From: the human T2T-CHM13v2.0 reference genome, Homo sapiens
Assembly (NCBI GenBank): GCA_009914755.4
Contig: CP068257.2
Coordinates: forward strand, 7,264,001 to 7,328,000
DNA length: 64,000 nucleotides
Direction: 5' to 3'
This document shows positions 14,301-26,541 of the stretch, in pieces. Positions within the stretch are counted from its first letter, which is position 1. Each line of letters begins with the position of its first letter. The notes beneath the pieces were generated by a model. The model did no database searches and was not told the DNA's origin. It saw only the letters and a list, made by a program, of their open reading frames with translations. The position numbers and the translations under genes are program-made.

Positions 14301-15110
14301 GGTGGATAGGAATGGAATGTATGGATTGGAATGGAATGGAATGGAGTGGAATGGAATGGAATGGAATGCAGTGGAAATTAATGGAATGGAATCAACCCGA
14401 ATGGAATGGAACAGAATGGAATGGAATGGAATGGAATGGAATGGAATGGAATGGTATGGAAACAACACGAATGGAATGGAACGGAACGGAATGGAATGGA
14501 ATGGTATGGAAACAACACGAATGGAATGGAACGGAACGGAATGGAATGGAATGCTGTGGAATGGAATGGAATGGAATGAAATAAACACGAATAGAATGCC
14601 TCGGAATGGAATGGAAAGGAATGGAGTGGAAAGGAATGGAACGGAATGAAATGCAGAGGTACGGAATGGTATTAACCCGAGTGGAGTGGAATGGAATGGA
14701 AAGGAATCAACCCGAGTAGAATGAAATGGAATGTAATGCAATGGAATGGAGCAGAATCAACCTGAGTCGAATGCAATGGAATGGAATGGAAAGGAGTGGA
14801 ATGGAATGGAATGGAACGGAATGGAACGGAATGGAATCCAATGGAATCAGCTGGAATGGAATAGCATAGAATGGAATGGAATGGAATGCAATCAATCCGG
14901 GTGGATAGGAATGGAATGTATGGATTGGAATGGAATGGAATGGAGTGGAATGGAACGGAATGGAATGCAGTGGAAATTAATGGAATGGAATCAACCCGAA
15001 TGGAATGGAACAGAATGGAATGGAATGGAATGGAATGGAATGGAATGGAATACAATGGAATGGAATGGAATGGAATGGAATGGAATGGAATGGAAAGGAA
15101 TAGAATGGAA
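11352..15110 (+). repeat. HOR-I copy carrying a 604-bp internal tandem duplication, ending at the domain junction
   Basis: It starts on the same-phase landmark. The 10301-type landmark occurs twice, at 14157 and 14761. Confidence 0.55.
13845..15052 (+). repeat. ~604-bp tandem duplication (two units)
   Basis: ACACGAATAGAATGCCTCGG occurs at 13981 and 14585. CCTGAGTCGAATGC occurs at 14157 and 14761. The intervening ~300 bp match at a constant 604 bp offset. Confidence 0.75.
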
Positions 15111-15170
15111 TGGAATCAACCCGAATGGAATGGAATGGAATGGAATGGAATGGAATGGCATGGAATCAAC
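15100..15170. other. Junction between HOR family I and HOR family II (breakpoint ambiguous within shared AATCAACCCGAATGGAATGG microhomology)
   Basis: Sequence up to ~15,100 matches domain-I copies (for example 10301-10670). From ~15,130 onward it matches domain-II copies (for example 26020-26200: GGCATGGAATCAACCCGAGTGGAATGGAATGGAAAGGAATTCAATGG...TATTATCGAATACAATGG). Confidence 0.55.
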
Positions 15171-15623
15171 CCGAGTGGAATGGAATGGAAAGGAATTCAA
15201 TGGAATGGAAAGGAATGCAATGGTATGGAATCAACCAGAGTGGAATATTATCGAATACAATGGAATGGAACGGAATGGAATGGAATAAAATGTAATGGAA
15301 TGGAATGGAATCAACCGGAGTGCAATGAAATGGAATGGAATAAAATGGAATGGAAAGGAATTAAATGGAAAGGAACGGAATGGAATCAACACGAGTGGAA
15401 TGGAATGGAATGGAATGGAATCAATCCGAGTGGAATGGAAAGTAATGGAATGCAAAGGAATGAAACGGAATATAATGGAATGGAATGGAAACATCCCGAG
15501 TGGAATGGAATGGTATGGAATGCAATGGAACGGAATGGAACGGAACGGAATGGAATGGAACGGAATAGATTGAATCAGAGAGGAATTGAATGGAGAGGAA
15601 TGGAATGGAATGGAATGCAATGG

Positions 15624-15641
15624 ATTCAACTCTAGTTGAAT
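15624..15641. repeat. Inverted repeat ATTCAAC-TCTA-GTTGAAT (family-II variant, 4-nt loop)
   Basis: CAATGG[ATTCAACTCTAGTTGAAT]ATCATGGATTGGAAAGG. The stem is identical to the type-A copies and only the loop differs. Confidence 0.9.
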
Positions 15642-16343
15642 ATCATGGATTGGAAAGGAATGGAATGGAATGGAATGGAGTGGAGTGGAATAGAATCAAC
15701 TCGAGTGCAATGGAATGTAATGGAATGGAGTGGAATGGAATGGAATGCAATGAAATGGAAAGGAATGCTATGGAATCAACCCGAGTGTAATGGAAATGAA
15801 TGGAATGGAATGGAATAGAAAGGAATGAATGGAAAGGAATGGAATGGAATGGAATGGAATGGAATGGTATGGAATCAACCCGAGTGGAATGGAATGGACT
15901 GGAATGGAATAGAATGGAATGGAATGGAATGGAATGCAACAGAATCAACCCGAGTAGAATGGAATGGAAAGAAATGGAATGAAATGGAATGGAAAGGAAT
16001 GGAATGGAATCAACACGAATGAATGGAATGGAATGGAAAGGAATGAATGAAATGGAATGGAATGGAATGGAATGGTAGGGAATCAACACGAGTGGAATGG
16101 AATGGAATGGAATGGAATGGAATGCTATGCAATCAACAAGAGTGTAATGGAAATGAATGGAATGGAATGGAATGGAATAGAATGGAATAAACCAGAAAGG
16201 AATGGAATGGAATGGATTGGAATGGAATGGAACGGATTGGAATGCTATGCAATCAACAGGAGTGTAATGGAAATGAATGGAATGGAATGGAATGGAATGG
16301 AATAAACCCAAGTGCAATGGAATGGAATAGAATGCAATGGAAT

Positions 16344-16352
16344 AAAAAAAAA
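16344..16352 (+). repeat. A9 homopolymer at a fixed phase of the domain-II large unit
   Basis: GGAATAAAAAAAAAGTGGAATGGAATAGAAAGGCATGCAATGG. Homologous tracts lie at 27273-27282 (A10) and 39531-39538 (A8). Confidence 0.9.
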
Positions 16353-19300
16353 GTGGAATGGAATAGAAAGGCATGCAATGGAATGGAATGGAAAGCAAAG
16401 GAATGGAATCAACCCGACTGGAATGGAATGGAATGGAAAGGAATGAAGGGAATGGAATGGAATGGAAAGGTATGGAATCAACTCGAGTGGAATGGAATGG
16501 AATGGAATGGAATGGAATGGAATGGAATGGAATGGAAAGTTATGGAATCAACTCGAGTGGAATGGAATGGAATGGAGTGGAATGGAATGGAATGGAATGG
16601 AATGGAATGGAGTGGAATGGAAGGCAATGCCATGGAATGGAACGGAATGGAATGGAATGGAATGGAATGGAACGGAATGGAATTGAATGGCATGGAATGA
16701 ACCCGACTGGAATGGAATGCAATGGAATGGAATGGAATGGAATGGAATGGAATCAACCCGAATGGAATGGAATGGAATGGAATGGAGTGGAATGGAATGG
16801 AATTGAATGGAATGGAATAGAATGGATTGGAAAGGAATCAACCCGAATTGAATGGAATGGAATGGATTGGAATGGAATGGAATCGAATGGAATGGAATGG
16901 AATCAACCCGAGTGGAATGGAATGGAATGGAATGGAATGGAATGGAATGGAATGGAGTGGAATGGAAGGCAATGCCATGGAATGGAATGGAATGGAATGG
17001 AATGGAATGGAATGGAACGGAATGGAATAGAATGGCATGGAATGAACCCGACTGGAATGGAATGCAATGGAATGGAATGGAATGGAATGGAATGGAATGG
17101 AATGGAATGGAATCAACCCGAATGGAATGGAATGGAATGGAATGGAGTGGAATGGAATGGAATTGAATGGAATGGAATAGAATGGAATGGAAAGGAATCA
17201 ACCCGAATTGAATGGAATGGAATGGAATGGAATGGAATCGAATGGAATGGAATGGAATCAACCCGAGTGGAATGGAATGGAATGGAATGGAATGGAATCA
17301 ACCTGAATGGAATGGAATGGAATGGAATGGAAAGGAATGGAATGGAATGGAATGGAATGGAATGGAATGGAATAGAATGGAATCAACAAGAATGGGATGG
17401 AATAGAATGGAATGGAATGGAATGGAAAGGAATCCTATTGAATCAACCCGAGTGTAATGGAAAAGAATGGAATGGAATGGAATGCAATGGAATGGAATCA
17501 AACCAAGTGCAATGGAATGGAATAGAATGCAACGGAACCAACCCGAGTGGAATGGAATAGAAAGGCATGCAATGGAATGGAATGGAAAGCAGTGGAATGG
17601 AATCAACCCGACTGGAATGGAATGGAATGGAAAGGAATGAAGGGAATGGAATGGAATGGGAAGGTATGGAATCAACCCGAGTGGAATGGAATGGAATGGA
17701 ATGGAATGGAATGGAGTGGAATGGAATGGAGTGGAATCGAGTGGAATGGAATGGAATGGAGTGGAATGGAAGACAATGAAATTTTATGGAATGGAATAGA
17801 AAGGAGCGGAACAGAATGGAATTGAATGGCATGGAATGGACACGAATCCAATGGAATGGAATGGAATGGAATGGAATGGAATGGAATCAACCCGAATGGA
17901 ATGGAATGGAATGGAATGGAATGGAATTAAATGGAAAGGAATGGAATGGATTCAACACGAGTGGAATGGAATGGAATGGAGTGGAATGGAATGGAATGGA
18001 ATCAATCCGAGTGGAATGGAATGGAATGGAATGGAATGCAATGGAATGGAATGGAAAGGAATGGAATGGAATGGAATGGAAGGCAAGGCAATGGAATGGA
18101 ATGGAATGGAACGGAATGGAACTCAATGGCATGGAATGAACCAGACTGGAATGGAATGCAATGGAATGGAATGGAATGGAATGGAATGGAATGGAATGGA
18201 ATGGAATGGAATCAACCCGAATGGAATGGAATGGAATGGAATGGAGTGGAATGGAATGGAATTGAATGGAATGGAATGGAATGGAAAGGAATCAACCCGA
18301 ATGGAATAGAATGGAATGGAATGGAATGGAATGGAATGGAATGGAATGGAATGGAATCAACCCGAGTGGAATGGAATGGAATGGAATTCAGTGGAATGGA
18401 ACGGAATGGGATGGTATGGAATCAAGCTGAGTGGAATATTATCGAATGAAATGGAACGGAATGGGACGGTATGGAATCAACCCGAGTGGAATATTATCGA
18501 ATGAAATGGAATGGAACGGAATGGAATGGAATAAAATGTAATGGAATGCAATGGAATCAACCGGAGTGCAATGGAATGGAATCGAATAAAATGGATTGGA
18601 ATGGAATTAAATGGAAAGGAACGGAATGGAATCAACACGAGTGGAATGGAATGGAATGGAATGGAATGGAATAGAATGGAATGGAATGGAATCAACCGGA
18701 GTGCAATGGAATGGAATGGAATAAAATGGAATGGAATGGAATTAAATGGAAAGGAACGGAATGGAATCAACACGAGTGGAATGGAATGGAATGGAATGGA
18801 ATGGAATGGAATGGAATGGAATCAATCCGAGTGGAATGGAATGGAATGGAATGCAATGGAATGAAACGGAATATAATAGAATGGAATGGAAACATCCCGA
18901 GTGGAATGGAATGGTATGGAATGCAATGGAACGGAATGGAACAGAACGGAATGGAATGGAATGGAATAGATTGAATCAGAGAGGAATTGAATGGAGAGGA
19001 ATGGAATGGAATGGAATGCAATGGATTCAACTCTAGTTGAATATCATGGATTGGAAAGGAATGGAATGGAATGGAATGGAATGGAATGGAATGGAATGGA
19101 ATGGAGTGGAATGGAATAGAATCAACTCGAGTGCAATGGAATGTAATGGAATGGAGTGGAATGGAATGGAATGCAATGAAATGGAAAGGAATGCTATGGA
19201 ATCAACCCGAGTGTAATGGAAATGAATGGAATGGAATTGAATAGAAAGGAATGAATGGAATGGAATGGAATGGAATGGAATGGAATGGAATGGTATGGAA

Positions 19301-20566
19301 TCAACCCGAGTGGAATGGAAAGGACTGGAATGGAATAGAATGGAATGGAATGGAATGGAATGCAACGGAATCAACCCGAGTAGAATGGAATGGAAAGAAA
19401 CGGAATGAAATGGAATGGAAAGGAGTGGAATGGAATCAACACGAATGGAATGGAATGGAATGGAAAGGAATGAATGCAATGGAATGGAATGGAATGGAAT
19501 GGTAGGGAATCAACCCGAGTGGAATGGAATGGAATGGAATGGAATGGAATGGAATGGAATCCAGCCGAATGGGATGGAATGCAATGCAATGGAATGGAAT
19601 GGAATAGAATCAACCCGAATGGAATGGAACGGAATGGAATGAAAAGGAATGGAATGGAAAGGAATGGAATGGAATAGAATGGAATAAACCAGAATGGAAT
19701 GGAATGGAATGGATTGGAATGGAATGGAATGGAATGGAATGCTATGGAATCAACAGGAGTGTAATGGAAATGAATGGAATGGAATGGAATGGAATGGAAT
19801 AAACCCAAGTGCAATGGAATGGAATAGAATGCAATGGAATCAACCCAAGTGGAATGGAATAGAAAGGCATGCAATGGAATGGAATGGAAAGCAAAGGAAT
19901 GGAATCAACCAGACTGGAATGGAATGGAATGGAAAGGAATGAAGGGAATGGAATGGAATGGAAAGGTATGGAATCAACTCTAGTGGAATGGAATGGAATG
20001 GAATGCAATGGAATGGAATGGAATGGAATGGAATGGAATGGAATGGAATGGAATGGAATCAACCCGAGTGGAATGGAATGGAATGGAATTCAATGGAATG
20101 AAGTGGAATGGGATGGTATGGAATCAACCCGTGTGGAATATTATCGAATGAAATGGAATGGAATGGGATGGTATGGAATCAACCCGAGTGGAATATTATC
20201 GAATTAAATGGAATGGAACTGAATGGAATGGAATAAAATGCAATGGAATGGAATGGAATCAACCAGAGTGGAATGGAATATAATGGAATGGAATGGAATT
20301 AAATCGAGAGGAACAGAATGGAATCAACACGAGTGGAATGGAATGGAATGGAATGGAATGGAATCAACCCGAGTGGAATGGAATGGAATGGAATGTAATG
20401 GAATGAAGCGGAATATAATGCAATGGAATGGAAACATCCCGAGTGGAATGGAATGGTATGGAATGCAACGGAACGGAATGGAACAGAACGGAATGGAATG
20501 GAACGGAATAGATTGAATCAGAGAGGAATTGAATGCAGAGGAATGGATTGGAATGGAATGCAATGG

Positions 20567-20584
20567 ATTCAACCCTAGTTGAAT
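20567..20584. repeat. Inverted repeat ATTCAAC-CCTA-GTTGAAT (second family-II variant)
   Basis: CAATGG[ATTCAACCCTAGTTGAAT]GTCATGGATTGGAAAGG. Confidence 0.9.
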
Positions 20585-23500
20585 GTCATGGATTGGAAAG
20601 GAATGGAATGGAACGGAATGGAATGGAATGGAATGGAGTGGAATGAAATGGTGTGGAATCAACACGAATGGAAAGGAACGAAATGGAATGGAATGGAATG
20701 GAATGGACTGGAATGGAATGGAATGGAATGGAAACAACACGAATAGAATGGAACGGAATGGAATGGAATGCTGTGGAATGGAATGGAATGGAAAGGAATC
20801 AACCCGAGTGGAATGAAATGGAATGTAATGCAATGGAATGGAGCGGAATCAACCTGAGTCAAATGCAATGGAATGGAATGGAATGGAGTGGAATGGAATG
20901 GAATGGAATGGAATGGAATGGAATGGAATGGAACGGAATGGAATCCAATGGAATCAACTGGAATGGAATAGCACAGAATGGAATGGAATGGAATGGAATC
21001 AATCCGGGTGGAATGGAATGGAATGTATGGAGTAGAATGGAATGGAATGGAGTGGAATGGAATGGAATGGAATGCAGTGGAATTTAATGGAACGGAATCA
21101 ACCCGAATGGAATGGAACGGAATGGAGTGGAAAGGAATGGAATGGAATGGAATGGAATGGAATGGAATGGAATGGAATGGAATGGAATGGAATCAACCCA
21201 AGTGCAATGGAATGGAATGGAATGCAATGGTATCAACCCGAGTGGAATGGAAAGGAAAGGAATGAAATGAAATGGAATGGAAAGGAATGGAATGGAATCA
21301 AACCGAATGGAATGGAATGGAATGGAATGGAAAGTAAAGAATGGAATGGAATGGAATGGATTGGTATGGAATGGTATGGAATCAACCCGAGTGGAATGGA
21401 ATGGACAGGAATGGAATAGAATGGAATGGGATGGAATGGAATGCAATGGAATGGAAAGGAATGGTACGGAATGGAACGGAATGGAATAGAATGAACACGA
21501 ATGGAATGGAATGGAAAGGAATGGATTGGAATGGAATGGAATGGAATCAACCCGAGTGGAACGGAATGTAATGAAATGGAGTGGAATGGAAAGGAATGGA
21601 ATGGAATGGAATGAACACGAATGGAATGGAATGGAATGGAATGGAATGGAATGGTATGGAATCAACCCGAGTGGAATGGAATGGACAGGAATGGAATAGA
21701 ATGGAATGGGATGGAATGGAATGCAATGGAATGGAATGGAATAGAAAGGAATGGTACGGAATGGAACGGAATGGAATAGAATGAACACGAATGGAATGGA
21801 ATGGAAAGGAATGGATTGGAATGGAATGGAATGGAATCAACCCGAGTGGAACGGAATGTAATGGAATGGAGTGGAATGGAATGGAATGGAATGGAATGGA
21901 ATGGAATGGAATGCAATGGAATCAACACGAATGGAATGGAATGGCATGGAATGGAAGGGAATGGAATGAAATGGAATCAACCCTAGTGGAATGGAATGGA
22001 ATGGAGTTTAATGGAATGGAATAGAATAGATTGGTATGGAATCAACCCGAGAGGAATGGTATGGAATGGAATGCAATGGAATGGAATGCAATGCAACAAA
22101 ATGGAATGGAATGGAATGGTATCAACACGAGTGGAAGGGAATGGAATGGAATGGAATCAACCGGAGTGGAATGGAATGGAATGGAGTGGAATGGAATGGA
22201 ATGCAATGAAATGGAAAGGAACGGAATTTAATCACCCCGAGTGGAATGGAATAGAATGGAATGGAAAGGAATGGAATCAACCCGAGTGGAATGGAATGGA
22301 ATGGAATGGAATGGAATGGAATGGAATGGAATGGAATGGAATCAACCTGAGTGGAATGGAATGGAATGGAATGGAATGGAATGGAATGGAATGGAATGAA
22401 CACGAGTGGAATGGAATAGAATGAAATGCAATGGAATGAAATGGAATGCAATGGAATGGAATGGAATGCAAGACATTGGAATCAACTGGAATGGAATGGA
22501 ATGCAATGGAATGGAATGGAATGCAATGGAATCAACCAGAGTGGAAAGGAATAGAATGGAATGGATTATAATGCAATGGAATGGAATCAATCCTGGTGCA
22601 ATGGAACGGAATGGCATGGAGTGGAATGGAACGGAATGGAATGGAATGGAATGGAATGGAAAGGAATCAACCCGAAAGGAATGGAATGGAATGAAATGGA
22701 AAGGAATGGAATGCAATGGATTGGAATGGAATGAAATGGATTCAACCCGAATTGAATGGAATGGAATGGAATGGAATGTTATATAATCAACACGAGTGGA
22801 ATGAAATGAATGGAAAGAAATGGAATGGAATGCAATGGAATGGAATGGAAAGGAATGGAATGGAATCAACCCGAATGGAATTGAATGGAAAGGAATGGAA
22901 TGGAATGGATTAGAATGGAATGGAATGGAATGGAATGGAATGGAATGGAATGGAATGGAGTGGAATGGAATGGAATGGAATCATCCCGAGTGGAATGGAA
23001 TGGTATGGAATGCAATGGAATGGCATGGAACAGAACGGAAAGGAATGGAATGGAATAGATTGAATCTGAGAGGAATTGACTGGAGTGGAATGGATGGAAA
23101 TGGAATGAAAGGGATTCAACCAAGTTGAATGTCATGGATTGGAAAGGAGTGGAATGGAATGGAATGGAAAGGAGTGGAATGGAATGGAATGGAATCAACC
23201 CGAATGGAATGGAACGGAATGGAATGGAAAGGAAAGGAATGGAATGGAATGGAATGGAATGGAATGGAATCAACCTGAATAGGATGGAATGGAATGGAAT
23301 GGAATGGAATACAATGGAATGCTATGGAATAAACCCGAGTGTAATGGAAATGCATGGAATGGAATGGAATGGAATGGAATGGAATGGAATGGAATGGAAT
23401 CAACCCAAGTGCAATGGAATGGAATGGAATGCAACGGAATCAACCCGAGTGGAATGGAATGGACAGGAATGGAATAGAATGGAATGGGATGGAATGGAAT

Positions 23501-26500
23501 GCAATGGAATGGAAAGGAATGGTACGGAATGGAACGTAATGGAACGGAATGGAATAGAATGAACACGAAAAGAATGGAATGGAAAGGAATGGATTGGAAT
23601 GGAATAGAATGGAATCAACCCGAGTGGAACGGAATGTAATGGAATGGAGTGGAATGGAATGGAATGGAATGGAATGGAATCAACACGAATGGAATGGAAT
23701 GGCATGGAATGGAATGGAATGGAATGGAATGGAATGGAATGGAATCAACCCTAGTGGAATGGAATCGAATGGAGTTTAATGGAATAGAATAGAATAGATT
23801 GGTATGGAATCAACCCGAGAGGAATGGTATGGAATGGAATGCAATGGAATGGAATGGAATGGAATAAAATGGAACGGAATGGAATGGAATCAACGCGAGT
23901 GGAAGGGAACGGAATGGAATGGAATCAAAAGGAGTGGAATGGAATGGAATGGAGTGGAATGGAATGGAATGCAATGAAATGGAAAGGAACGGAATTTAAT
24001 CAACCCGAGTAGAATGGAATAGAATGGAATGGAAAGGAATGCAATCAACCCGAGAGGAATGGTATGGAATGGGATGCAATGCAATGGAATGGAATGGAAT
24101 AGAATGGAATGCAATGGAATGGAATCAACCCGAGTGGAAGGGAATGGAATGGAATGGAATCAACCGGATTGGAATGGAATGGAATGGAGTGGAATGGAAT
24201 GAATGCAATGAAATGGAAAGGAATACTATGAAATCAACCCGAGTGTAATGGAAATGAACGGAATGGAATGGAATGGGATGGAATCAAGCCAAGTGCAATG
24301 GAATGGAATAGAATGCAACAAAATCAACCCGAGTGGAATGGAATAGAAAGGCATGCAATGGAATGGAATGGAAAGCAATGGAATGGAATCAACCGGACTG
24401 GAATGGAATGGAATCGAAAGGAATGAATGGAATGGAATGGAATGGAAAGGTATGGATTCCACCCGAGTGGAATGGAATGGAATGGAATGGAATGCAGTGG
24501 AATGGAAGGCAATGAAATGGAATGGAAAGGAATGGAATGGAATGGAATGGAATGCAACGGAACGGAATGGAATTGAATGGCATGGAATGAACCCGAATGG
24601 AATAGAATGGAATGGAATGGAATGGAATGAAATGGAATGGAATGGAATGGTATGGAATGGAATGGAAACAACACGAATGGAATGGAACGGAAAGGAATGG
24701 AATGGAATGCTGTGGAATGGAATGGAATGGAATGAAATAAACACGAATAGAGTGGAATGGAATGGAATGGAACGGAATGGAATGGAATGGAATGGAATTG
24801 AATGGAATGAAATGGAAAGGAACGGAATGGAATTAACCGAGTGGAACGGGATGGAATGGAAAGGAATCAATCCGAGTGGAATGAAATGGAATGTAATGCA
24901 ATGGAATGGAGCGGAATCAACCTGAGTCGAATGCAATGGAATGGAATGGATTGGAGTGGAATGGAATGGAAGGTAATGGAATGGAATGGAATGGAATGGA
25001 ATGGAATGGAATGGAATGGAATTGAATGGAATGGAATGGAATCCAACGGATTCAACTGGAATGGAATAGCATAGAATGGAATGGAATGGAATGAAATCAA
25101 TCCGGTGGAATGGAATGGAATGTATGGAGTGGAATGGAATGGAATGGAGTGGAATGGAATGGAATGGAATGCAGTGGAATTTAATGGAATGGAATCAACC
25201 CGAATGGAATGGAATGGAATGGAATGGAAAGGAGTGGAATGGAATGGAATGGAATGGAATGGAATGGAATGGAATGGAATCAACCCAAATGGGATGGGAT
25301 GGAATGGAATGGAATGGAATCAACCTGAATGGAATGGAATGGAATGGAATGGAAAGGAATGGAATGGAATGGAATGGAATGGAATGGAATAGAATGGAAT
25401 CAACAAGAATGGGATGGAATAGAATGGAATGGAATGGAATGGAAAGGAATCCTATTGAAACAACTCGAGTGTAATGGAAAAGAAAGGAATGGAATGGAAT
25501 GGAATGGAATGCAATGGAATGGAATCAAACCAAGTGCAATGGAATGGAATAGAATGCAACGGAACCAACCCGAGTGGAATGGAATAGAAAGGCATGCAAT
25601 GGAATGGAATGGAAAGCAGTGGAATGGAATCAACCCGACTGGAATGGAATGGAATGGAAAGGAATGAAGGGAATGGAATGGAATGGGAAGGTATGGAATC
25701 AACCCGAGTGGAATGGAATGGAATGGAATGGAATGGAATGGAGTGGAATGGAATGGAATGGAATGGAATGGAGTGGAATGGAATGGAGTGGAATGGAATG
25801 GAGTGGAATGGAATGGAGTGGAATCGAGTGGAATGGAATGGAATGGAGTGGAATGGAAGGCAATGAAATTTTATGGAATGGAATAGAAAGGAGCGGAACA
25901 GAATGGAATTGAATGGCATGGAATGGACCCGAATGCAATGGAATGGAATGGAATGGAATGGAATGGAATGGAATGGAATGGAATCAACCCAAATGGAATG
26001 GAATGGAATGAAATGGAATGGAATGGCATGGAATCAACCCGAATGGAATGGAATGGAATGGAATGGAATGGAATGGCATGGAATCAACCCGAGTGGAATG
26101 GAATGGAAAGGAATTCAATGGAATGGAAAGGAATGCAATGGTATGGAATCAACCAGAGTGGAATATTATCGAATACAATGGAATGGAACGGAATGGAATG
26201 GAATAAAATGTAATGGAATGGAATGGAATCAACCGGAGTGCAATGAAATGGAATGGAATAAAATGGAATGGAATGGAATTAAATGGAAAGGAACGGAATG
26301 GAATCAACACGAGTGGAATGGAATGGAATGGAATGGAATCAATCCGAGTGGAATGGAAAGTAATGGAATGCAAAGGAATGAAACGGAATATAATGGAATG
26401 GAATGGAAACATCCCGAGTGGAATGGAATGGTATGGAATGCAATGGAACGGAATGGAACGGAACGGAATGGAATGGAATGGAATAGATTGAATCAGAGAG

Positions 26501-26541
26501 GAATTGAATGGAGAGGAATGGAATGGAATGGAATGCAATAG

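Larger units (their letters stand above)
1..15110 (+). repeat. HOR domain I: higher-order repeat family with ~3.6-3.8 kb period (about four copies, the first one diverged and shortened)
   Basis: The landmark CCTGAGTCGAATGCAATGG recurs at 3871, 7534 and 11352 (spacings 3663 and 3818). Same-phase landmarks recur at 4721/8361/12161 (3640, 3800) and 6681/10301/14161 (3620, 3860). Near-identical spurious ORF translations recur at 4834, 8472 and 12285. Confidence 0.7.
15624..26541 (+). repeat. Domain II large-unit copy (~10.9 kb)
   Basis: It lies between consecutive same-phase B1 hairpin landmarks. Internal landmarks (19021->29889, 20568->31548, 23111->34081) are all offset by ~10.87-10.98 kb. Confidence 0.55.

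Noticed and set aside
1-15110. Assigning domain I to Y-chromosome DYZ1 because of the ~3.6 kb period
   Set aside because: It is suggestive only. The copy lengths here are 3.66-3.82 kb with indels. No HaeIII GGCC site was seen. Other HSat3 arrays (9q12, acrocentrics) also have multi-kb HORs. Assignment requires alignment to T2T-CHM13/HG002 or subfamily k-mer typing.
15180-15200. EcoRI-like GAATTC sites (for example GGAATTCAATGG) as possible canonical heat-shock elements
   Set aside because: GAATTC puts the GAA and TTC half-sites adjacent rather than in the alternating 5-bp-spaced nGAAnnTTCn arrangement. I could not find a convincing triple-pentamer HSE by eye. It is left as a low-confidence note in the findings only.
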